Assembly (NCBI GenBank): GCA_964057225.1
Contig: OZ059897.1
Location: forward strand, 8,680,001-8,744,000
Reading direction: 5' to 3'
DNA from: Auanema rhodensis
Lineage: Eukaryota > Animalia > Nematoda
DNA length: 64,000 nucleotides
Below, piece after piece: positions 31,923 to 45,904 of the stretch (its first letter is position 1; each line of letters starts with the position of its first letter). The notes beneath the pieces are model-generated. The model did no database searches. It was not told the origin of the DNA and saw only the letters and a list, made by a program, of their open reading frames with translations. The position numbers and the translations under genes are program-made.

Positions 31923-34900
31923 ATGGGTGATTCAAGGCTAGCTCACTTGGGTACTCTTCTAGAATCAAAAAATCGTTCAGTAAGACGAGAATCAGCTCAA
32001 GCTTTTGCAAGTTATTCATTATGTGATAAAAAGGTGGAAGAGGTTCGAATATTGGATATTACGGGATATAACATAGAGAATGGTCTTTATTATAGATTTT
32101 ATTAAAATATTTGTCATCTGTCTCTTGGGATTGTCGGATATCAGCTGCTGATGCTGTCTTTGCAGTAGTTTCTCATCTTCCAGATAATAAAGTAAAACAG
32201 GAGCTGGTGGATGTCGGTTCAGAACTAGTTAAATTAGATATTTTCTCCGTTATCAATAGTTTTAAGCCTTTATTAAGGTATATCCTAATTCTCTTATAAT
32301 TCAACTAAATATGGAAACATTCTAGTGTCGACAGTGCAACTATCGGTTCTGCTGATAAACATCGTTTAAATAGTCGTCAACAAAGACAAATTATTGATGA
32401 ACATCTAAATTTACAATCAGCTACTGGATTGACATCTGTAAGCCAATCTTGAAAAGCAAACACAATCAATAGTCTAAATATTTAGGCTGTATTTCTAGCC
32501 GATTCTGAGGTGTTACCTGGAGAATCAAGTTTTGGAAATAGTCCAAGCGGTCATGATAAAGAGGTTTAGTTTTGATAAATAATCTATAATTTGACTTTAT
32601 ATGTTAGGACGCTAACTTCGGCTTAAAAACAGAAATCAAGGAGGAAATAAGCGACGAAAACGCTGAAGACCTAGCATTACTTCATTTCTTTTCCAGGTAA
32701 TTTAAAAAGAGAAAAGAGATAAGTTAGTATTCATCTCTGTTGTATATTGAATAATATATTCTAAGTGTAATTGTCACCAACTCGAAATATGAAACGTTTT
32801 GGGATTTAATGTTGTAACTTGAATTATGATACCTATAATTAATTTGCAGGTTGATTCCATTATTGGCTGATCAACGTTGGTATGTTCGCCATGGAGTTGC
32901 CTTAGCATTATCTAAAATTATTGCAAGTTCATATCAGCGGTAAGTTCAAATTCATAACAAAACTTCTTAAAGTTTATTTATAGTTTACCTTTGTGGGTAA
33001 TAGATCTTGCTGCATTACGTATTTTGCAAGTACTTGTTTTGGATCAGTTCAATGATTTTGTCTCAGGTTTTTCAATGTATTATCTTATATATTTTTATTA
33101 TAATTTCAGGAAGAAGTGCTACCGCACCTGTTCGTGAAACTTGTGCTCAAGCATTAGGTCACCTTTTACATAAATGCGATGAATCTAGAAAAATATGTAT
33201 CCTCGATCACGTCAAAGCAATGCTTACAGCCAAAGGAGAGAAGGTTTGAATTCTTTTAAATCTTTCATTCTTTTACATTAATTATATTTAAAGTTATGGC
33301 ACTGTAGGCAGAGTTCACTATTAGTTTTGAAATATTTTTTCGCAATCACTTGCTCTTCCTCCTTGTTCGATTCTTGTTTCCGCTTAGTTTTAGGAAGTTT
33401 AGATGATTCAATCGACGATGTAAGTTTTTAGATAAAATTTCCTTTTAAATTTGTTTCTTTGTTTTAGGTTGTTTCATGTGCAGTATCAGCTTTATCTTCA
33501 TTTTTATCCAATGAATCATTAGGCTTAACTAAAACTCAATATATTGAGGAGGTTATGAAAAGCATCTGGAGGTTGCTTCGTAATGAAGCAAAGAAGGATC
33601 AGGTGCGTAACACCAGTTAATTCAGCTTATATTAGATTTTTAATTCCAGATTCGATCTGGTTTAGATGCATTGGCTATTGATCTCATGTCAATTGTAGAT
33701 ACTTGGCTTCGAGTGGATAATAGTGCTAAGCTTTCTAGGTGAGTAACTTGAGCACTTGACTTATTACAAATTACCTTTTTTTAAAGAAATGATTTCTTAA
33801 CCATTATATCCATGATTGATTCTTCGTTCAAAACGAGAACACTGAAAATTGTCACTTTGCTTTCCGTTGCTCTTGAAAGAGGGGAGATTGTTCTTACTTC
33901 TGAGGTTATTCATCATTAACATATTATAATTTTTCTTATTTGGCTTTTCTTTCAGGATGTGTTCTTCTTACTCAAGCAGTTCTACAGAGTAATCCTGTTT
34001 AGTGCACCAGGAGATGATTTGGTATTATTCGAACTGGTTTATTTAACTGAACTCCGAGTTCTTGCTCGATATAAGTATGCTTTCATGAGGAATTAAGATT
34101 ATATTTTGTATTTTGTGTTAGAGATCAGTTGTTCGCTCCAGAAAGAGTTACGGCAGAAGATGGTTTAGGAAAAAGCATCGGATTTTGGTGTAGTTGCTTA
34201 ATGTTCGATCACAAAAATCCTTTGATTGGTAAACCTTGTTACAATCTTTCCCATAATGGCGACTTGTTTCAGATGTGGTTGCATCAAATATTGGAAAGCC
34301 GACTAATGAGTCGGATGATCCCCTGGAAAGAATGTGTAGTGAGGAAATGAGATTTCTGTCTGACAGAGAAAAAGATAATGTATATGTTACTCGAAAGATA
34401 TTGGCTGCCAAGTTTGTAGCAGCTTTAATACATTCACTTTATAAAAGTGGAGCTGAACTCAATGGACAGAATATGTGAGTTCAAATAAAAGAGAATTATC
34501 CATATTTGGAACTTTTTGTTATTTTAGAAAAGAGTCAATTCAAGCGTTATTGATACCACCATTACAATCTACCGGACTTTATCAAGTTTTAGGTACAGCA
34601 ATCATAATCAATGAATGGGCAGCTCTTTATAAAGCTGATTTCAATAAGTGTGTTAAAGCATTTGATCGAAAACTTAAAACTAAACTTGTAGTGGTGTAAA
34701 TTCTGAGCCACCTATGTCAATTATTGCTAATTGTGACTCAATTCTAAGGAATAATGTAAAAAGTTATGCTGAACTTACTGTAACTGTTAGTCAATTAACT
34801 CAGGTATTTTGATCTTAATCTACCTTATATATTCTATTTTTTCAACTTTTAAGGACTGTAACGAATTTGTCGACTACTGTGTTAATAGAGGAGTCAAAAG

Positions 34901-37900
34901 AGAACAGCTGAATTTGCAAGATCATTCATCTGTTGAAGATGTTAGCAAGTAGAGTTTTGATTCAACTCATATGTCTAAAACATACTTTGTAGGGCTGCGT
35001 ATGAATTGTGTTTAGTTGCTGGAAAAAAGACGGAAAAACAGATCGAAGCTTTGCAATCTAGGTATAAGCTTCTTTCTGAATGGATTGAGTTCACTAAGTT
35101 GGCGGTGAAAGTTAATTCGAAGTATATACTTTTGGAACTATTGTTGAACTATTTGTAATATTTAGTCGTGTTTCTGCATTTTTATCGTCGGCTTTATTCT
35201 ATTTCGGATCAGCACCAGAAAAACTAACACCAATGGTTAGGCCCTTAGTTGAATGCATGCAGGTATGACACATATGACAAGTTTTAATAGCTTTTCTACT
35301 TAATTCTGTTTCAGTTGGAGGAAAATGAAACTGTTACTGCTGAAGTATTCAAGGGTGCTGTACCTCTAATGATCGTTTTCAGTTGGCCAAGAACTCCTAA
35401 ACCGTATGTCAAGGTAGTTTCAAATATTTTTGTATTAGAAATATAAATATCCATTTTAGGTGTTGGCTAAAACTATTGATTACTTTTTTGGATGTTCCAA
35501 CCGCATACCTCGAGTTGAAGATTGGTATGTATTAGAATTTTTCTGATAAAAATCTTTTTTTTTTCAGGGCTTCTACACCGGAGTCTATTATATCTTTACA
35601 GCAGAGATCAGAAACTGTTAAACCATCTGTTAGTAGTAGAAATGCTGAACTCATGCTTTTGGTACTATATGCCGTATAAACTTTAATGAAATCAGCTTAT
35701 TTAGGTATGCTCTACTTTCTCCATGGAACAGCTACCAGAGTATTTCGAGTATTTTAACATTAATGATTGTAAAGAAGAAGTTGGAACAATTTTTTTTCAA
35801 TTCATACAAAATCTTTTTAAGGAACTCCTCGGTCGTCTAGAATTGCATGGTTGTTTATGGTCTAGAGTGGGTTCATGCTTATCCGATCAATCAACCACCA
35901 GGATTTTGGAGCTTCTCAAATCACCGAATCCAGCTAACAGGTTTCACTAAATTCTAATATATTTCATTAGAAAACATTTTGTATCAGATATGCCGGAGCA
36001 AAAGCTGTTTCCACATTTGCCAAATCTTCTCTGGGAGACACAATATCACGATTCTATAATATCCTGTCTCATATGTTAGCTAATATATCGTGTGATTTTG
36101 AAAGAAAAGGGGCTGTTGAGGTTTTCCTAAGGTTTTTCAAAATCGTTTTTCTGAAAGTTGATTGATTATGTGTTTTTGCAGATTATCGTTCTTGGGAACA
36201 TCAATTGCTTCCGTCGTATCTCTTTTTGCTCCTTTAGTTTTCCAAAGATTAGCTGATGCCCTTCCCGAAATTCGTGAAGCAGCTGGTGAAGCATTCAGAA
36301 ATTTGGTTCCTCTCTTGTCGTTTGTGGTTTGAGCATGTGAAACGTAGCGTTTGATCAGAAAAGTTGATTACAGTCAAAAGATGAAATAGTTGGCTTAAAT
36401 GATGATATAAAACATAAATTATCGGAAAATTCACAATTTATCAATGTTTTGTCTTCTCCAGCTCAACTTCCTCTGTTACGAACTGATGAAATCAAAGGTT
36501 TACGAGCTGGAATTCAATTAAGACATTACCAATTGGTGATCGAATATCATGTTATAATGTTTAATAAACTAAATTTCCAGGAAGGTATAACTTGGATGCG
36601 ATTTCTCAGAAGATTTGGCTTGAACGGTATTTTGGCCGATGATATGGGTTTAGGAAAAACTCTACAAACTATTTGTACTCTTGTGTTATCTAATGATTAT
36701 GGTAATTTAAAAAAAAATAAAACTTCAAGATGTTCTTTTCAGATAAAGCCACTTCCAAAACTTCACTTGTGCTTTGCCCTCGAACCTTAGTAGATCATTG
36801 GTGTAATGAATGGAATAGGTTCTTCCCTGACCGAACTCCTGCTCGAAAAGCTGAGCATGGTATAATTCCCAACGTTGAATTAGTTGTAATGGCTTATGAT
36901 GATTTGAAAAATAATCGTAATGTTTCGTATGTTTTAACATTTCTTTAGTCTTGAATAATAGTTAATTTAGGAAAACAGTTTTTAATTATATAATCTTCGA
37001 CGAAGGTCACGTTATGAGAAATGCTAAAACCAGCATTTGGAGAAATGCTTGTGAGTTGAAAGCAATAAGTCGACTAATCTTATCAGGAACTCCTGTCCAG
37101 AATAGGTATTCATATACTTTTCGATCATTATAAAATCATTATTTGTAGTCCTGCTGATTTGTGGGCTTTATTCACATGGCTCATGCCTGGATATCTCGGA
37201 GACGAACGTCTCTTTAGATCGCAATTTCTTCGAAAGATCATCAAATGCCGCAGTGCTAAAGCTACAGAAAAGGATATTCAGGTTTTTAAAAGGTCGTATT
37301 GCAACTCTACTTTTTCTCTTCTAGGACGGCGCTGAAGCTATTTCTAGGTTACATAAACTTATTTTACCATTTGTTATGCGACGTTTGAAATCTGAGGTAT
37401 TTCAAAGCTTCTAATATAATTCCAATTGTATTTCTTTCAGGTTCTTAAAGAACTCCCAGATAAAAACGTTCAAGATTACGAATGTAAACTTAGTCCTGAG
37501 CAAAAAGAGATTTATAGATTGGTTGTTGATAGGTAAGTAGTAATCAGTAATTGTCCCATGAATATTATTTTCTTTTCAGATGTTCGACAAATCGTAAGAA
37601 AACAAGCGAAGCAGATGGTATCAGTCCACTTCATGCTCTCATCACTCTTCGAAAACTTGTTGACCATCCTTCTCTAATCATTAATGTTTTGGAAAAGATT
37701 AATGCTCCAGAGGCATTACGAAAATCTGTAGTTACTAATTATGTTTCATGTGTACTATGAATATTCATTTAGGCAATCACTGCTTCTTCTGGCAAACTAG
37801 AAGCATTGGGCCAGTTACTTAATGAATGCGGTATTGGTACGGAGCAAACTAAAAATGAAGAAGAGGATGAAGGTTAGTAGCTTAATGCAACCACGTGCCT

Positions 37901-38835
37901 GCTGAGCTTTCTAAAAATGAATTTTTTGAATTGGCATAATTCATTATTAACATATTCATGCCACGTACGTCATTTCAGAAGATCTTCTCGCTAATACTAC
38001 CTTGGAAATGCCGCATAGAGCATTAATTTTCTGTCAGTGGAAATCATCCGTTGCTCTTGTCTCTCAATTTCTTTCTAAGTATGTTCAAGTTTCAGGAAAC
38101 TCATCCTTAATCAACTTATAGGGGAAATTTTGGATCTCCGGTTCCTCATTTGATTCTTGACGGAACTGTTCCAGCCGGCGAACGACAGGCTGTTGTCGAC
38201 CGCTTCAACAATGATCATACAATTGATGTTTTAGTTCTAACCACACATGTGAGATACTGTATTTAACTTTTTGTTTCATAGTTAGTTTATTTAGATTGGT
38301 GGTGTTGGTCTCAATCTGATTGGTGCTGATGTAGTTATTTTCTTAGATCATGATTGGAATCCAATGAAAGATTTACAAGCTATTGACAGGTAAATGTCGA
38401 AATGTCTCGTTTGTGACCAAAAAATTAAATTGTAGAGCTCATCGTATCGGACAAACCAGAAAGGTTAACGTTTACCGGCTTATTACTTTGGGTACTGTAG
38501 AGGAAAAAGTTATGAGCTTTCACAAATTCAAACTCAATACAGCTGATGTAAGGGATCCTTCCATAATAAAGTTAATAACTTCGTTTTTGCAGGCTTTAAT
38601 TGGTACGGATAATAGATCTTTAGAATCGATGGCCACCGAAGAACTGCTTAACATGTTCACTTTGGACGGTGATTTGAATGGTTCTGGATCGAGTTCCTCT
38701 GGACCGCCGAGAAAGAAGGCACGGTCAGCTCCATCGACAACTGAAGAAGAGCAATGGAATTTGGCTAATCTGTGGGATGAAAGCCAATATGAAGAACTAT
38801 TCGACGTCAAGCAATTCGTTTCTCAGGCCACGTAG
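31923..38835 (+). CDS. btf-1: TBP-associated SNF2-family ATPase MOT1/BTAF1 (HEAT repeats + SNF2 helicase), many short introns
   Basis: N-terminal [26 protein letters not shown]; WYVRHG; [26 protein letters not shown]; [11 protein letters not shown]; [14 protein letters not shown] (Walker A); [10 protein letters not shown] (MOT1-type DEGH); [14 protein letters not shown]; [37 protein letters not shown]; C-terminal LWDESQYEE. Stop at 38833-38835. Confidence 0.93.
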
Positions 38836-39295
38836 ATTAATTTAAAAACTTTGTGACTTACTTCCTGGCTGTTTCCATATTTTTTCTGATTTGTTCATCT
38901 AACTTGTGTCTTGCAAATCATCTAGTCTTTCGAACGGCTCTTTTTTGTTTTACGGGTTCATTGTTGTCATAAAAGGATTAATTAAGAACAACTGTTATAT
39001 GAAGCGTATTGAGTATGACCCAACAGAAAGCCATCAGACTTTTAGAGGTTAAGTCGGCAGCGGGATTCTCTTGGCCGGAATGGAGGCAACAGAGGTCGGA
39101 AGGCTCATTAATCTATCTATCACCAACAGTTGTGCTGATATCCCCGCCTATAGTCTTGTCTGTTGTTCTGGCTAGTTTCAACTGACTATAAAATTTCTAA
39201 TTTCAGCATTTCTGTTTAAATTTTAATTATTATATGCCCTATTTTGTTTTTTTCAATCTGATTATATGTTACCGGCTGTTGATTTTAGAACTTCA

Positions 39296-42200
39296 ATGGC
39301 GAGGTCTAAGCGGCCATGGCCGCTATTTTCACTTATATTCATAGGATTATTCTTCCTTCATAGCACTGAAGGCAAAAAATGCAATATTAGGCCTTATGAG
39401 GCAAAAGGTGATAAGAGACCTGGAAATAATGGCTACGTCATCGAAATTGTTTCTCAAGAGGGAGAAGGCCCAGAATCTTCCGCCGAAGGATTCTTGCCTG
39501 GTGAACGCTATAAAGGTTTCAGTTTCAAATTATCATCCTGTTTTATAATAATTTCAATGATTTAGTAAGAATTCGAGGCTGGCAAACTCAATATACAGTT
39601 CAAACCTTCCGAGGTTTTGTTCTCAGTGCGCAGTTTGAGAACGGAGCACCAGCTGGAAAGTTTGAGGTGGGCTTTAGTTTTTGAACTTGGCACATGTTAC
39701 GACATATGCACCAGGATTTCGATTGCACTTCTTGCGGAAGAACAATCTTCCAAAGAATTTTATGTAAATTAGCTTTTATCTTAAGAATTTTCAATTTAGG
39801 TTATTAAAGGACAAGGCGATGCTCGTGTTTCTCCAGGCTGTAGAGCTGCTGGAGTTAGTCATTCCAACCTTCGGCCAAAAACTTTTATCGAGACGACCTG
39901 GCAAGCTCCACAGGTTTGTTCATTAATTTTGAGATTATTGGATTGATAAATGCATATATAGGTTTGGGACGGATGTGTGAAGTTTCAAGCATCTGTCATT
40001 GAATCTAAGTATGTTTGGTATTCTGAAGATAGCCAATTGACTAGGATGTTCTGTCTTCAAGGTTACTAAAACGTTTTCAAAATTTGAAAAGCATTAGTCG
40101 TTTTCAGCTGGATTTGAGAAGGTTGTGATTGATGATAATCCAAATACTCCTTGTTGTGCTTGTGATACAGCCAGTTATGATATGGAATTTATTGGATTAT
40201 GGAGTAGAGAAACGCATCCAAAAGATTATCCAACTTGTAAGCATTGTTTTAAAACTTAGTTAATTTTATTTGGATTTATTTAAGTGGAACATTTAACTCA
40301 TTTTACTGATATGCTTGGCGCATCACATTCTGCTAACTATAGCTTATGGAAAATTGGTGGAATTTCTACAGATGGAATGAAAGAAATTGCGGAATGGGGA
40401 AATACTTACAAAGCCCAAATTGAAGCAAAAGAGAAGGTTTATTTGTATTTTTTTCTCTTTGAGTAAGATTTGTAATATTTTTAAGGCTTCCGAAGTTAGA
40501 ACTTTGATGAAAGTTAAAGGTCTTTGGTACCCTGAAGTCCAAGGAACAACTAAATCTTCTTTTGTTGTCAATAAGTAAAACTTTATGTTTATAGTTTTGT
40601 TTAAAATTCATTGTTAATTTCAGATATCATCACTTAGTTTCTCTTGCCACCATGTTTGGACCATCTCCTGATTGGTGCGTTGGTCTTTCATCAATTAATT
40701 TATGCCTTCCTGATTGTTCTTGGGCAAAGGAACGTACATTTGAGTTGCAACCTTTCGATGCTGGAACAGATTCTGGACCAACCTACATGGTTTGATATTC
40801 CAAGTACTTTTCATATTACGCTGAGGAAATATTGTTTCAGTCACCTAATAATCCAACAGAACCAAGAGAAGCAATTCATTGGATAACTACAAAACATAAT
40901 AAGCAATCACCCTTCTATCAATCAGATGTTGATGCTATTCCTCCGTTAGCTAAGATAATCCTTCGTCGTAAAGATGTAAATTTCTTACAATAATGGCTGT
41001 TTCTATTTTTCAAGCATTTTCAGATTAACAAAGCTAACTGTGAAGATGATGAAATTTATAGGAAAGAAGCTTATAATATTACAAATACTAGTGAAGATGA
41101 AGAATATAAGGATAGGCGTAAGTTATAATTTTTAACACAACCGCTCTCGCATCTGCAAAGCTTAAAAATGAAATTCGACAAAATATTGATTTGTTATCAA
41201 CTATTGATATTCAAATTTTAAATTTAAATATTTAGTTCCAAGTTTTATTAAAACTTTTTAAAGTTTTCAATTTTTATAATTTTCAATATTATTTAGGAGA
41301 ATGTTTAATGACTGAATGGGAGCCATGGTCATTATGCTCAGCTACATGTGGTAAAGGTATTCGTATGAGAAGCAGAGTGTTTGTATTTCCTGTGAAAGTA
41401 AGATTCTGAATTTTATATTGTTAAGATAATTTTTTCTCCAGGCCCAAATTTTTCATTGTAATCGTGAAACGAGTGAAAGACAATTCTGTAATGCTAAGAT
41501 AAATGAATGTGAAGGTAAAACTATTTCATAAATTTTGATAAAATACTAAAAGATATTCAGATTCTGATGCCTTTAACTCTAAATGTGCTGTTGGTTCTTG
41601 GGGAGCTTGGAGTGAATGCAGTGTTACATGTGGTCATGGTTACCGTAGTCGCAAGCGAAACTTTTTAAATCCAAATGCTAAAGAAGAAGAATGCAACGTT
41701 GAGTTAGAACGAAAAGATTTCTGTTCCGGTTAGTATCTGATATATGACTGTTGTTGTGAATTTTTTATTTCAGGTGAACAAGGAGATGACTGTTCAGTTA
41801 CACCTGATCCACTCTGTCGAACAACATCTTGGTCTGAATGGTCCCCATGTAGTGCTAGTTGTGATGATGGGGTTCGTATTCGTACTCGATTATTCTTCTA
41901 TGCTGAACATGAGCATGTGAGTTTCAAGAGCATCAAACTTGTTTTTCTAATAAAAATGAAATTCTAATCTTAGAGATGCTCATCAATCTCACTCCAAGAG
42001 AAGGATACATGTACTATGCAATCATGTCGTCGATTCATAGAACAAAATTCAGAAGGTATCACAAATCTAATATTTACTCAACTTTTAATCAAAATTTCAT
42101 ATCTCAGAAATCTGTCAAGAACCAAAATCCGAAGGTCAATGCGGAGGAGTATTTCCGAGATATTGGTTTAATTCCAATTCGTCAACATGTGAACGTTTCA

Positions 42201-43016
42201 TTTATACTGGATGTAAGGTAATAATCTCACTTTTGCTAACCTCAGTTCTTTCCCAGTATTTTATTTTCTCGACATATTCTTCTTTTTCACAATTATAGGG
42301 AAATAGAAATCAATTTGAGATCAAAGAAGAATGTCAACGTATTTGTCATCCGGGCTATGATCACGCAAAAGCCATCAGTAAATATAAAATAATCACTTAT
42401 ATATATTAAATTGATGTTTATAGTTCCTAATCATCAATTGATTAATGAATTCGGAGAGACAGGAGGAACTATTGATGACGGAGGTTATATAGAACACTTC
42501 TATTCTAAATCGAATAACTCGAAATTTATTTGTAGGAAAGCCTGTACCTTGTGAACTACAGGAATGGTCACCCTGGGGTAATTGCTCTGTTACATGTGGA
42601 CGTGGAAAGAAAGTTCGTACTCGTCAGATTAAAGTATGTTTCATGCTTCTTCTTGAATAACTTTTATTTTGCATTCTCATAGGCTTTCCCAAGAAATGGT
42701 GGAACTCCGTGTCCTAGTTCTGAGCATCTTCTTCAAGAATTACGTTGTCAGCTTCGTCCATGTCGTATGTTTTATCTTATTTTGTATTCTTGCTGAACAA
42801 CTTAGCTTTTTAGCTCGTTCACAGTGTCAAGTTGGGCCATGGTCACGTTGGTCAGCATGTTCGGTAACATGCGGTGAGGGAATGCAGCTACGAAGACGTC
42901 GTGTTATGAAAGGACGTAATGGAGATTGGCAAGAAATCGAATGCACAGAAAAAGAAAATGAAGAACGAATGTGTCGTATACCATGTCCAGCATCATCAGC
43001 TTATGGAGGTGATTGA
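39296..43016 (+). CDS. spon-1: F-spondin (Reeler + Spondin_N + TSP1 repeats + Kunitz domain)
   Basis: Signal peptide MARSKRPWPLFSLIFIGLFFLHSTEG; Reeler region (QTFRGFVLSA); Spondin_N (CCACDTASYDMEFIGLWSRETHPKDYP, MFGPSPDWCVG, PFDAGTDSGPTY); five TSP1 repeats (W..WS.CS.TCG.G); Kunitz CQEPKSEGQCGGVFPRYWFN...FIYTGCKGNRNQF...ECQRIC. Stop at 43014-43016. Confidence 0.93.
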
Positions 43017-43322
43017 TGTTATTACTACAGAAAAGAAAAAGACTTAACTATGTATTGATATGTAGTTTATCTAATTATGTGAAACTTTGTGCATAATCTA
43101 TGTGTTATCAACCAAAATTGGAATGAAATCTCTTAAATGCAACCGCTCTTGTATGCCAGACACATTGAAAATGAAAAGATTACTGTAGTATAGACAAACA
43201 ATACTTATTCTAATTTTTGAATATAATTAGCATACTTAATTTATAAAATATTTTATAAACAACATAATATAATATTTTTTTATTCACTTAACATCTATTT
43301 TTATATATTATATATCATCTTT

Positions 43323-45904
43323 TCAATCGATTTTCTTCGTATTGTTATTGAGATCAAGTAGGGATTGCGCTCGTTTAACGATAGCATAATATCCAACATA
43401 ATAAAGAAGCTAAAAAAAAGAAGAATATTAATTATATATTATATAAAAATTCAAAAAATGAGAAATAACATACAGCTTCTGTGTACTCAGTTAATACATT
43501 GTTTCCGTAGAAAGCTTGGTCAACCCGTGGCTTTCGTTTCAATCGTGCATATGGACCCATGTCTGGCTTCATCACAAAGTCGTATAAAACCTAATAAGAA
43601 CAGACAATTGTATATGAACGAGTTGTGTATATACCTTCGACCATGAATTATGAGTAAGCAAGTTATCATAGTATTCTGGAGCTATTTTTCGTACCTGAAC
43701 GATAAGAATACGAATCTGAATGCTGTAGATATCTTACTTGAGGTAAATTTCTTCCAGGAATGTATGGAAAATCATGATGTTCCATATGATAACCCACATT
43801 GAATGTACATAAATTCCACCAACCATAGTAGCTGAAAAGAACAAATTAGTTAAGTTTGAAAGAAGATTAAGTGATGAAGCATGAATGAAGCTAGTACTAG
43901 TAGTGAGACCTGTATGTTTCTTGACGTTTATTTTCTTCTTGGTCAAAAATATAATGTTCAGAGATGAAATGTCCTGCTGATGGATGAAGCCCCATAGCTA
44001 TTACGGTCCCCAGTAATAAATAGACCAAAGATTTATATCCAAAGCAATATAATATTATGAGATCAAACACAATCTTAAAGAAAAATAATAATTAAATGTC
44101 TGAGAGTTTAATCTTCAGAATTTACCTGAACAACAGCATTCAGAATTTCCAAGTCAGTCGGAGCTTTCTTATAGATGATCAATGGTCGAAAAGCATAGAA
44201 AAACGGTTGAAACAGAAGCCAAAGAACTTTTTTGAATGGATTGGTGAAAAACAAAGCTTCAAGCTCAGTTGGAACATCAGTATCTAGTCCATCTTCTCCT
44301 AAAAAAAAACAAAAAAACCTTGTATTCCGTCAAGTTTGAAATGTGAAATGTTTTACCTAAATATCTATGATGTTCGACATGATACTTTTTGAATGAAACT
44401 GATATTGGAACACCAATTGGCAAATTAGCAACAAAACCAAAAAATCTATTCTAAATGATATTTGATTAGAAGATTTTCAATGACAATTTTTATTTTAATA
44501 TACCGATAATGGATATTTATTTCCATAAACTGTATTATGTGAAATATCATGTATAGCTAATGTCATGGCATGATTAATAACTCCACCACATAAATAACTT
44601 TCGAGAAATATTAATAGCCAATCAGCTTCTGGAATGTCAAAGTTATATTGAATTGGATTGGCATTCCTAATTTTCTCATACCTTGTAGTAACCAACACAT
44701 AAAAATTTGAAATAAAACCATGAAAACAACAACATATTTGAAAGATGGATCAACTCCAAACAGCTGAAATCATATTGTAAATAGAAAAATGAAAAGAAAA
44801 AAGGTTTTTTATTTAATTGAACTTTGAAAGAATTGTTTTTAAGCTTTGTGTTTTGGTTCGGATGACTCATTGCTACTCATGTACGTACGTACATTCTGTT
44901 CATTTATGTGCTACGGCGTTTGCTGCGGCTTCTTCTGAGAGCTATGTTTTTCTATTGATTTTCTCTATTTTTTTAAAACTTTTCTGAAACAATGTTCTAT
45001 GGAACGAGTAAAATAAATATAAGAATTGCTTTCTGCCCTTTGACGTCAGCAGCATGAATGCCGTATTGGTGTCGTGCGGCAGATGAATTGACTTTTGTGA
45101 AAATTGTTTAAGAAATACATGTAACTTCTATGATTCTTTATGTGTATGTAGGTGAGATGAGGACTATTCTAGTTCATAGTTTTGGATCATAACTCACGAA
45201 GGTTCGACTTGGAAAACTGGAAAATTAATTGAACAGATCAACATTTTTCTGAAATGCTTTCGAAGGACTACAGGCCAATACAAATAGAATGGGTATGTAA
45301 GTAAACAGAAGTCGCTACGATGGAAGAAAGATGCAATAGTATGTGCAATAGCCACAACGCTTTTCTAATCTGCCTACATACTATTCTCAGTTACGCTTTA
45401 GAATTGTTTCAGTTCTACGTTTTACCAGTTTTATGATCAGACAACTAAGCATCATCAGTGTTTGTGTCAATGCTAAGCATGTTTGTCCAGGCGTATATTG
45501 GATGTATCATCGTGAGAACAGTTGATTTGTAAATGATATGAAGAAATGATGTTTCAATGAAATTAGTATTTTGAAGAAAAAAATAAAATAAAAACTAATT
45601 TCGATATCATGCGACTAGTATTAGAGGGGTTGATAAGATGTTTTTGTGTACATGTGAACACTTGATAAGCCTTATACGAGTCATACGACGTTGAGGAAAC
45701 AAGACGTCTATATACGTAAGGTAAGTTTTAAGATTATATTGAGAAAAATGTTTTAAAATTGGTAAAAAATGAGAAAATATACGAATAAAGGACACAAACC
45801 TTCTTGATTTCTGGATGATCTCTTACAATGGCTTCGCGCCTACTCATATGAGGCTGTTCTGTTAGTGTCCATATGAAGTCATTCCGAGACACGGTTTGAC
45901 CCAT
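43323..45904 (-). CDS. Sphingolipid delta(4)-desaturase / C4-hydroxylase (DES1/DEGS family; ttm-5/F33D4.4-like)
   Basis: First exon [35 protein letters not shown] (ATG 45904, Gly2); [10 protein letters not shown]; His boxes HDISH, HVEHH and HMEHH; [13 protein letters not shown]...QETYSYYG; [11 protein letters not shown]. Stop at 43323-43325. Confidence 0.92.

Noticed and set aside
39715-39763. Cryptic CAG|...|GTAAAT 49-nt segment inside a spon-1 intron
   Set aside because: Not frame-preserving, weak acceptor context, and the flanking exons join cleanly without it.
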